From an uncultured delta proteobacterium (GTDB lineage: Bacteria > Myxococcota > UBA727 > VGSZ01): a stretch of DNA of 64,000 nucleotides. The DNA is taken from assembly GCA_963775425.1 (NCBI GenBank), contig CAVZJB010000011.1, positions 640,001 through 704,000 on the forward strand, given 5' to 3'. Shown here one piece after another: positions 56,464-64,000 of the stretch (positions are counted from its first letter, which is position 1; each line of letters opens with the position of its first letter). A model generated the notes under the pieces. It searched no databases. It saw nothing but the letters and a program-made list of their open reading frames with translations, and was not told the DNA's origin. A program made the translations under genes and the position numbers.

Positions 56464-56924
56464 CCCGGCGGCGCCGTCGCGGGCAGCGCCTCCGTCGCGG
56501 GCGCCGCCTCCGCCGCGGGCGCCGTCTCCGCCGCGGGCGCCGTCTCCGCCGCGGGCGCCGTCTCCGCCGCGGGCGCCGCGCCCTTGCCGCCGGGGAGCTC
56601 CTTGCGCAGCCACGCGACCAGCGTGTGGATCTGCGCTTCGGTGAGCGCGTCCTTGTACCCCTCCATGATGGTCTTCGGCTTCCCGTTGGCGATCACATCG
56701 AAGATCTCGGCGTCCGTCATCTCCGGCACCCGCTTTTTCAGGTCGGGACCGAGCATGGTCCCCTCGCCGTTGCCGTTGTGGCAGTGAAAGCAGTTCGCCT
56801 TCGGGTTCGTGTAGCCGTTGAACAGGAGGCCGCCCGGGTCGTCGCCGAGCGTGTCCTTCACCAGGGGAGCGCCGCCGCAGCCCGCGGCGCCGACGAGAAC
56901 GAGAGCGAGAAATACGCGCGTCAT
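56460..56924 (-). CDS. Monoheme c-type cytochrome lipoprotein
   Basis: GAAGC lipobox; CFHCH heme motif; distal Met (TIMEGY); C-terminal APAAET repeats. Confidence 0.9.
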   Translation of the reverse strand: MTRVFLALVLVGAAGCGGAPLVKDTLGDDPGGLLFNGYTNPKANCFHCHNGNGEGTMLGPDLKKRVPEMTDAEIFDVIANGKPKTIMEGYKDALTEAQIHTLVAWLRKELPGGKGAAPAAETAPAAETAPAAETAPAAEAAPATEALPATAPPG

Positions 56925-56989
56925 GCGCGCGACGTTAGCCGACGCCGCCCGCGCTCGAAACGAAGAAACCGCGCGGGCTCCGAGGCGCG

Positions 56990-58366
56990 TCAGCTCTGGC
57001 CCACAGGCGCCATCAAGGCGTCCCAGCGCAGATCGATCTGGTGGTTCACCTGCGTCTGCAGGTTGTCGTGCACCTGCTGGATCTCCGAGACGCGCTGGTC
57101 GAGCGCCCCGCGCAGCTCGACCGCCTTGTCGTGCGCCTGGCTCACGTCGGAGGAGTCGAAGCTCCAGATGAGGAAGCTCGGCTGGCCGAAGAAGTCGAGC
57201 GCGCCGATGAGGTCGGCATTGATGTCGCCCTGTTGCGCGAGCCCGAGCTCGGCGGCCGCGCTCTTCACGTCCTGGTTGAGCTGGTGGATCCCGGACTCGG
57301 CGTCGGCCTTGGCGGCGATGGCCATGGTGTTCCACATGGCCCACGTCGGGTTCAACTCCTCGTGCGAGCCGACCTTCACGCGCTCGCTGTGGGCGTCCTT
57401 GCCGGTGCCGACCGTCCGGGTCTCGTAGTCGTCGACGGAGACGGTCCTCGGCGTCACGTTGCGCATGGTGATGGCGTTGCTCGCGCGATTGAGCGCGGAG
57501 ATGGCGCCGTCGGCCACCGCGAGCAGTTGCTTGCCGGTCTGCAGCCGCGCGGTCTCCTGTTCGTAGTGCGTGTGGAGCGACGCGTAGGCGGGGTTCTCGG
57601 CGGCAAGCAGCTTGCTCACCTCCTCGCGTGCGCCCGCGTGCGCGAGCTGCGTCGCTTGATCCATCGCGCCCACGAAGCCGTCGAGCGTTTTGGTGTCCGT
57701 GGCGCCCGCGTGGTAGGCGGCGTTGCTCGCGGGAACGCCGAACCAGTACCAGTCCACGGCGTAGCCCATCCTTGCGTCGAGGCCGACGGTCTGCTTCAAC
57801 TGATCGAGCGTCTGGTGCGCCTTGCCGTCGAGCGCGTGCGCCTTGGCGGTCTTTCCCTGCGCGTCCTGGAAGACGTGGATGACGTTTCTCACGGCGTCGG
57901 CGCGGTCGGCGCCGGCGCCGCCGGGGACGCGGCTGCGCGCGACGTCGACGTTGTGCTTGATGGCGTCGGCTCCGGGCAGCGCGCTCTTTTGCTGCATCTG
58001 CATCGCGATGGGTGACGCCGCCGACGGCATGCCCGGGTGCATCATCTGGCCGACGCCGGGCGGGAGGAGCAAGGTGAAGCCGATGGCGGCGGCGACGAGG
58101 CCGCGCTTGGCCTTGCTCGACATCTTGCTCAGGCGCTCCATCAGCGCAAAGCCCGAGGCGCTCTCCTCGGTGCCGCGGTGGCCCGACAGGCGCGAGAAGC
58201 CCGCCGTCGACGAGGAGGCGCGGGTGCCGTCGAACCGCGAATCGAAGCGGTTGTGGGGCCGCACGTCGACCGGGTCCAGCCGCTTGGTCCCGACCTTCTT
58301 GTCCTCGTTGGTGCCTCGCGCGGCGACGTGCGGTTGGGGGCGGACGTTCAGGTCGAGCTTCGGCAT
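56990..58366 (-). CDS. Hypothetical protein (disordered N-terminus, one hydrophobic segment, helical body)
   Basis: ATG overlaps the upstream TGA; strong GC3 coding bias. Confidence 0.75.
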   Translation of the reverse strand: MPKLDLNVRPQPHVAARGTNEDKKVGTKRLDPVDVRPHNRFDSRFDGTRASSSTAGFSRLSGHRGTEESASGFALMERLSKMSSKAKRGLVAAAIGFTLLLPPGVGQMMHPGMPSAASPIAMQMQQKSALPGADAIKHNVDVARSRVPGGAGADRADAVRNVIHVFQDAQGKTAKAHALDGKAHQTLDQLKQTVGLDARMGYAVDWYWFGVPASNAAYHAGATDTKTLDGFVGAMDQATQLAHAGAREEVSKLLAAENPAYASLHTHYEQETARLQTGKQLLAVADGAISALNRASNAITMRNVTPRTVSVDDYETRTVGTGKDAHSERVKVGSHEELNPTWAMWNTMAIAAKADAESGIHQLNQDVKSAAAELGLAQQGDINADLIGALDFFGQPSFLIWSFDSSDVSQAHDKAVELRGALDQRVSEIQQVHDNLQTQVNHQIDLRWDALMAPVGQS

Positions 58367-58776
58367 CAAGCCTCCGGGGACAGCGTGGCGAGGACGCGAT
58401 CGAAAGCGGCGCGCGCGGTGGCGTCGGCGGCCGCGCGCGCGGTCATGGTGACGACGACGACGACGTCGCCGCCGACGAGGACGAACGCCTGGCGCTGTCG
58501 CAGCACACCGGCGCTGCTCTGCGCCATGACGCGGACGAAGACGAAGCCCGGGCCGCCGGCGACGGTCACGGGCGTCTTGCCCTCGAGCGTGGCGCCGGGC
58601 GGCGACTCCTGTCCGTCGACGTACGCCCCGAACGCGGCGGCGCCGCCGGGCAGCTCGTCGACGCGCACCGTGAGGTTCCACGCCGGAGGATCGGCCTTGT
58701 CGACGAGGAGGATGGTGCTGTCGTCGCGACCCTCGGGCGCGTCGAAGCGCAGCGCGCGCCACCGGTACTGCGTCAT
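58366..58776 (-). CDS. DcrB/PsbP/DUF1795-like small protein
   Basis: FDAPEG.D..T, NLTVRVD, VTVAGGPG, LRQRQAFV, VVVTMTA, AFDRVLATL pattern. Confidence 0.7.
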   Translation of the reverse strand: MTQYRWRALRFDAPEGRDDSTILLVDKADPPAWNLTVRVDELPGGAAAFGAYVDGQESPPGATLEGKTPVTVAGGPGFVFVRVMAQSSAGVLRQRQAFVLVGGDVVVVVTMTARAAADATARAAFDRVLATLSPEA

Positions 58777-58881
58777 GGCCGGAGCATTGGCCGCCCCGCG
58801 CGGGGAGGTCAATGCATCGGCGTCACGCGTCACGCAGACCGGCGGCGCGCCGTCACCCGGTCGGCGCTTGGGATCCCATCG

Positions 58882-59134
58882 CTACGCCGACTGCTCCTTG
58901 CGGCGGAACGTGAGGTAGGTGTCGACGGCGAAGCCGGTGTTCATGATCAAGACGGCGGCGAACATGAGCTTGAACGCGTCGGGCAGCGCCGCTTGAAGCC
59001 CCATGCCCTGCTCCACCGCCGTGAGCCCGAGCACGCCGAGCAACCACAGGGCGCCGGCGAGCCGCTTCGGGCACGCCGATGAGGTAGCCGAGCCCGGGGA
59101 GGAAGAAGTTGAGGACGATGCTTGGCCATTTCAC
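58882..59134 (-). pseudogene. Small membrane protein with one frameshift near 59068 (possible sequencing error)
   Basis: VKWPSIVLNFFLPGLGYLIGVP continues in another frame as KRLAGALWLLGVLGLTAVEQ...FRRKEQSA*. Confidence 0.6.
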
Positions 59135-59330
59135 GTGAGCCTCCGGTCTGTTGGCGTCATGACCGGAGCGCGGCGCCGAATTCATCGGCGACCCGGATCC
59201 GCCCGAGCCGCGCGATCCGTTCGCACGATTGCGGCCGCGGGCGCCCGCGTGAGCATCTCGTCCCCACGACGTGCGCCGGGCAGCGCCGCGGCACGACGAC
59301 GTCGCGGCGCGCGGATGTTATCTTGGCGGC

Positions 59331-60581
59331 GTGAGCGTCTCCCACGCAGTCCTCAACCTCCGTTCCACCCTCGTGCGCGGCCTCGCGGTGTGCCTTGTCG
59401 TCGGCGTCGCGGGCGCCGTCGCGCTGGTGGCAACGCACGGGACCCCGTCTGCCCGCGCGGCGATCCGCGTGGATTGCGGCGATGGCTCGGTCTGCACGCT
59501 CGCAGAGGAGCTCGCCGCCGACGTGTGGAGCGAGGAGCGGGCGCCGGGCGATCCGCTCGATGTCGTCGTCGACAAGCAGGCGCTCGACCGACTCGCGGCG
59601 GCGGGGGCGCATTGGACGGTGATCGATCCCGACATCGACGCGACCGCACGCGCAGAGGCCGAGCGCCTTCGCGCGCATTCGCTCAGCGACGGCAGCGACT
59701 GGTTCGCCGAGTTCCGTGACTACACGGCGATCGAAGCACATATGGGCGAGCTCGCCGAGCTCGCGCCGCAGCGCGCCTCCGTTCAAGGCATCGGCGCCAC
59801 GCTCGACGGGCGCACCATCTGGGCGCTTCACGTGGGCGGAAAGAGCGACGACGCCATGCCGATGCTCATCAACGGCACCCAGCACGCGCGCGAGTGGATC
59901 TCGGCGATGGCCGCCACATGCGTCGCGGACCGCCTCGTGCGCGACTACGACAAAGACCCGGCGATCCGCGCGTTCGTCGACACCACGGAGGCGTGGATCG
60001 TGCCCGTCGTGAACCCCGACGGCTACCAATACTCCTGGGGCCAGGATCGCTATTGGCGCAAGAACCGGCGCGGGGGCTACGGCGTCGATTTGAATCGGAA
60101 CTTCTCGGTCGCGTGGGGCGGCGCGGGCTCGAGCGGCCTCAAGCGCTCGCAGACGTACCGTGGGGAGAGGCCGTTTTCGGAGCCCGAGACCGCTGCGCTG
60201 CGCTCCCTCGCGAAGCGAGAGGGCATCCGGCTCCACATCGACCTCCACGCATACGGGCAGCTCGTCTTGTTCCCGTGGACGCACGGCGACAAGCCGACGG
60301 GCGATCACGCTCGCTTTGCCGGCATCGGCGACGACGTCTCGTCCGCGATCTACGCGACGCACCAGAACAAGTATCGCTTGATGCGCGGCGTGGAGCTGTA
60401 TCCCGCCGCCGGCACGATGACGGACTGGATGTACGGCGAGGCCGGAGCGATCTCATTCACGATCGAGCTGCGACCGCGATCGGGCACCGGCTTCGTCCTG
60501 CCGCCGACGGAGATCCGGCCAACGTGCGATGAGGCTCTCGCGGCCGTGCTCGCGCTTCGTGCATCACGGCACGTCCGCTGA
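59331..60581 (+). CDS. M14 zinc carboxypeptidase (carboxypeptidase T-like)
   Basis: QHAREW, NPDG, WRKNR, GVDLNRNF, FSEPET, DLHAYG, FTIELR. Confidence 0.93.
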   Translation: MSVSHAVLNLRSTLVRGLAVCLVVGVAGAVALVATHGTPSARAAIRVDCGDGSVCTLAEELAADVWSEERAPGDPLDVVVDKQALDRLAAAGAHWTVIDPDIDATARAEAERLRAHSLSDGSDWFAEFRDYTAIEAHMGELAELAPQRASVQGIGATLDGRTIWALHVGGKSDDAMPMLINGTQHAREWISAMAATCVADRLVRDYDKDPAIRAFVDTTEAWIVPVVNPDGYQYSWGQDRYWRKNRRGGYGVDLNRNFSVAWGGAGSSGLKRSQTYRGERPFSEPETAALRSLAKREGIRLHIDLHAYGQLVLFPWTHGDKPTGDHARFAGIGDDVSSAIYATHQNKYRLMRGVELYPAAGTMTDWMYGEAGAISFTIELRPRSGTGFVLPPTEIRPTCDEALAAVLALRASRHVR

Positions 60582-60930
60582 CGACACGAGCTCGTCGCTC
60601 CCCACCCTGAGATCGCGAAGATCAAGACGTGTCCGAAGCCCGACGGTGAACACGTGGGTGCGCGAGTGCCACGTCACGTCGCTGTTCATGGCGCTCATAG
60701 ACACGCAGTTGCACACCGAAGAGGCGTTCGTCGAATACGCCTACGCGAAGAACCGGAAGCTCATCGACGGCATTGCGTACCGCGTGCTCTTCCGGGTGCT
60801 TCGTCCCCGGATCGCGAGAACGCGGTCTTCAAGAGCGCGTGGCGTTGAGCACGCCGGAGGCGGGGGGCGAAGTCGTCGCGGTCCGGTTGTTGCAGTGCGT
60901 TCTGCGCGTCGGTCAAACCCGGAGGCAACC

Positions 60931-61992
60931 GTGCAGTTTCACACCTCGTTGAAGCTCATCTCCCTCGTCGTGGCCCTTCTCGGCGCTGGCGCCTGCGAGC
61001 GGGCGCCGGCGCCGTCGCCCGCACCTCCGCCTGGTCCCGACCCGCATGCGACGCTCACCACCGAGCACGCCGCCGAGCACGCGGTGAACGCCGGACTGAA
61101 GCCGCTCCCGGCGGTGCTGGGCGATGCGCCGGACATCACAGAGGCGAAGGTCGAGCTCGGCAAGATGCTCTTCTTCGACAAGCGCCTCAGCGTGAACGGC
61201 ACGCAGAGCTGCAACACGTGCCACGCCCTCGGTCACTTCGGCGTCGACAGCCAGCCGACGTCGCTCGGCGCCACCGGGACGCGTGGGACGCGCAACTCCC
61301 CAACCGTGTTGAACGCCGCCGGTCACTTCGCCCAGTTCTGGGACGCGCGATCGCCGAACGTCGAGGAACAAGCCAAGGGTCCGATCCTCAACCCGATCGA
61401 GATGGGCATGAAGGACGACAAGGCGGTGGTCGACGTCGTGAGCTCCATCGCGGGCTACCGCCCGAAGTTCGAGGCGGCGTTTCCCGGCGAAGAGGACCCG
61501 ATCACCTTCGACAACTACGCCAACGCCGTGGGTGCGTTCGAGCGCAAGCTGGTGACGCCCGCGCGGCTCGACGCATTCTTGAACGGCGACGCGAGCGCGC
61601 TCAGCGACGAGGAGAAGAAGGGCCTGGTGACGTTCATGCAAGCCGGTTGCATCGGCTGCCACTCGGGCGCCTTCCTGGGCGGCGCGATGGCGCAAAAGCT
61701 CGGCATCTCGGTGGCGTGGCCCAACCAAAAGGACGTGGGCCGCGCCTCGATCACGAAGGCCGACGCCGACAAGATGTTCTTCAAGGTGCCGAGCCTTCGC
61801 AACGTGGACAAGACCGGTCCCTACTTCCACGACGGCTCCGTGAAGGGCATCGATGACGCGGTCCGGCTGATGGCGAAGCACCAGCTCGGTGCCGCCCTCA
61901 CGGATGAGCAGGTGGCGTCCATCGTCGCGTTCTTGAAGAGCACGACCGCGCCTCCCCCGCCCGAGCTCGCCGCCGAGCCCGTCCTGCCCTAG
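60931..61992 (+). CDS. Diheme cytochrome c peroxidase
   Basis: GGAGG RBS; LGKMLFFDKRLS, CNTCH, RNSPTVLN, QFWDAR, CIGCH, FKVPSLRNV..GPYFHDGS. Confidence 0.93.
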   Translation: MQFHTSLKLISLVVALLGAGACERAPAPSPAPPPGPDPHATLTTEHAAEHAVNAGLKPLPAVLGDAPDITEAKVELGKMLFFDKRLSVNGTQSCNTCHALGHFGVDSQPTSLGATGTRGTRNSPTVLNAAGHFAQFWDARSPNVEEQAKGPILNPIEMGMKDDKAVVDVVSSIAGYRPKFEAAFPGEEDPITFDNYANAVGAFERKLVTPARLDAFLNGDASALSDEEKKGLVTFMQAGCIGCHSGAFLGGAMAQKLGISVAWPNQKDVGRASITKADADKMFFKVPSLRNVDKTGPYFHDGSVKGIDDAVRLMAKHQLGAALTDEQVASIVAFLKSTTAPPPPELAAEPVLP

Positions 61993-62121
61993 CGGCGTTC
62001 GACGGGCCCCCGAACGAGGTGTGGGCGCCGCAACACCGCGTGCGGATTCGCACGGCGCGGCGCGCCCGCCGGCAGCGCGTCGACGCGCACCGTGGGGCTC
62101 CGCTCCCGAGGATCGGCCTGG

Positions 62122-63838
62122 TCACAGACCGGCGGCGAGCCCCTCGCCGCGGGGGTCGGCGCCGCCCTCGAGGGCGCCGTCCTTGCGCTCCACGATGCAC
62201 ATCGCGTCGCCCCAGCCGCCGTCGCGCCACTTGAGGGTGTCGCCGCGGCTCTCGAGCTCCTTGGCCGTGGCCTCGTCGAGGCCGAAGCGCTCGACGTTCA
62301 CGATGTCGGGCAGCCATTGGTGGTGGATGCGCGGCGCGCTCACCGCCGCCTGGGCGTCCATGCCGTAGTCGACGACGTGGATGACCGTCTGCAGCACCGT
62401 GGTGATGATGGTGCTCCCGCCCGGCGAGCCCGCGGCCATGAAGAAGTGTCCGTTCCTGGTCGCCACGAGCGGCGTCATCGATGACAGCGGGATCTTGTGC
62501 GGCTGGATGCTGTTGGCCTCGCCGCCGACGAGGCCGTACTTGTTGGGCACGCCGGGGGACGCGGAGAAGTCATCCATCTCGTCGTTCAACAACACGCCCG
62601 TCCCCGGAACGATGACGCCTGACCCGAAGCCGTAGTTCACGGTGAACGTGATGCTCACGGCGTTTCAATCCTTGTCGACGACGCTCAGGTGGCTCGTGTC
62701 CTTGGACTCCGGTTTCTTGCCGGCGAGCTGCGCCATGATGCGCGCCAACTGCTCCGGCGGCGCCGCCTTCACGTCGGCGCTCTTGCGCGCGTGCTTGGGA
62801 TCGAATCTCCTTCTTGCGCTCGTCCGCGTACGCCTTGGACACGAGGGCCGCGACGGGCACCTTCGTGAACGCAGGATCGCCGAGGTGCACGGCGCGGTCG
62901 GCGTAGGCGATGCGCATGGCCTCGATCATGGTCTGCAGCACGTCGGCGTTGTGCCAGCCGAGCCCCTTCCAGTCCGTACCCGACAGGAGGTTCAGCATCT
63001 CGAGCAGGTGCACGCCGCCGGAGGACGGCGGCGGCATGGTGCACAGCACCACGTCCTCGTAGGGCCCGCAGAGCGGGTCGCGCCACGTGGGTTGGTAGCC
63101 CTCGAGGTCGGCGAGCGTGAGCACGCCGCCGCCCGCCTTCATCTCGGCGTCGATGGCCCTGGCGACGCGTCCCGTGTAGAAGCTGCGCGGATCGCGCGCG
63201 ATCTCCCTGAGCGTGCGCGCGAGGTCGCGCTGCTTGAGGCGATCGCCCGCGGCAAGCGGCGCGCCGTTCTTCTTCCACAACAGCGCCTTGGTGGCGGGGA
63301 AGCGCGAGAGCACCTCCTTGCGCCAAGCAAGCTCGCCCGCGAAGTGGTCGCTCACGATGTAGCCGTCGCGCGCGATGTCGATGGCGGGGCGGATGACCTT
63401 GCGCCAGGGGAGCTTGCCGTACGCCTTGTGCAGCGCGTAGAGCCCGGCGACGGTGCCCGGCACCGCCACCGACAAGAGCCCGTTCACGCTGGCCCCGTCG
63501 ACGACCTTGCCGTCCTTGTCGAGATACATGTCGCGCGAGGCGCCGGCGGGCGCGGTCTCCCGGAAGTCGAGCGCCTTCTCCGCGCCGGGCTTGTCGCCGT
63601 GAGGCTCCAGGTGGATGACCGCGAAGCCGCCGCCGCCGAGGCCGGCCGACATGGGCTTCACGACGGAGATGGCGAAGGCGGCGGCGACGGCGGCGTCGAC
63701 GGCGTTGCCGCCGTCCTTCAGCATCTCGAGCGCGGCCGCCGTGGCGAGCGGGTGCGCGGTGGCCGCCATGGCCTCTTTGGCCGTGGCCGGCGACGGGAAC
63801 GCGCCGGCGAGAGAGACGACGAGGAGCGCGGCGATCAC
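62122..63838 (-). pseudogene. ggt: Gamma-glutamyltransferase, disrupted by a +1 frameshift (~62804) and an in-frame TGA (62665-62667)
   Basis: GGNAVDAAVA, GLGGGGF, DFRETAP, PPPSSGG; after the frameshift DTSHLSVVDKD*NAVSITFTVN, LNDEMDDF, PLSSMTP, GSPGG, PRIHHQ, GADPR. Confidence 0.9.
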
Positions 63839-64000
63839 TTCGACGACCGGCGCGCGAGCCCGGCGTCGCAGGCTTCACGGATGGCGGCGACGGCGGCCTT
63901 GCGGTCGGGCTTTCCGAAGATGGAGGAGCCCGCGACCATCGCGGAGGCGCCCGCCTCTCCGACGATGCCGGCGTTGTCGGGGTTGATGCCGCCGTCGACC
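63835..64000 (-). CDS. rpe: Ribulose-phosphate 3-epimerase, 3' end (partial)
   Basis: Minus strand reads VDGGINPDNAGIVGEAGASAMVAGSSIFG...K*; its stop overlaps the ggt GTG. Confidence 0.88.
   Translation of the reverse strand, partial: VDGGINPDNAGIVGEAGASAMVAGSSIFGKPDRKAAVAAIREACDAGLARRSSK

Noticed and set aside
56476-56580. 18-bp tandem repeats
   Set aside because: They encode the APAAET low-complexity tail of the cytochrome c, an ordinary linker. The overlapping GGDGAR reading in the protease ORF is spurious.
62665-62667. TGA recoding (Sec/Trp/Gly) in ggt
   Set aside because: The position is not a Cys site, TGA is the normal stop for most genes here, and a nearby frameshift points to error or decay.

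Overview
Very GC-rich bacterial chromosomal DNA, most consistent with a Myxococcota/deltaproteobacterial genome (MYXO-CTERM-like tails, eukaryote-type Ser/Thr kinase, many Cys-rich lipoproteins). The taxonomy is inferred, not shown. About 50 mostly core or metabolic genes are present: tRNA-Ser(TGA), a GH31 glycosidase, an aminotransferase, a cNMP-GGDEF cyclase, gyrA, a GldA/F/G-like ABC system, a long AarF kinase, an NCS2 permease, an NFACT/RqcH-like protein, the treS-mak/glgE/glgB/malQ alpha-glucan operon, a MarR-TolC / MFP-RND efflux locus, an IS remnant, a collagen-like repeat surface protein, proteases, cytochromes, a disrupted ggt and the 3' end of rpe. The main points are: (1) the RND operon carries an extra lipoprotein built only from AcrB-like periplasmic subdomains with no TM helices, plus a second coupled unknown lipoprotein and a TolC with a helical insertion; (2) most operon-first genes have a TAnnnT box 6-7 nt before the start codon and no SD, suggesting widespread leaderless transcription; (3) a ~1.6 kb A-depleted GCC/GTC/GTT trinucleotide tract has recurrent register shifts; (4) there are several apparent pseudo-enzymes. 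No CRISPR array, rRNA or prophage was seen. Indels near the right end may be sequencing errors. All family calls come from motif recognition, with no database searches.
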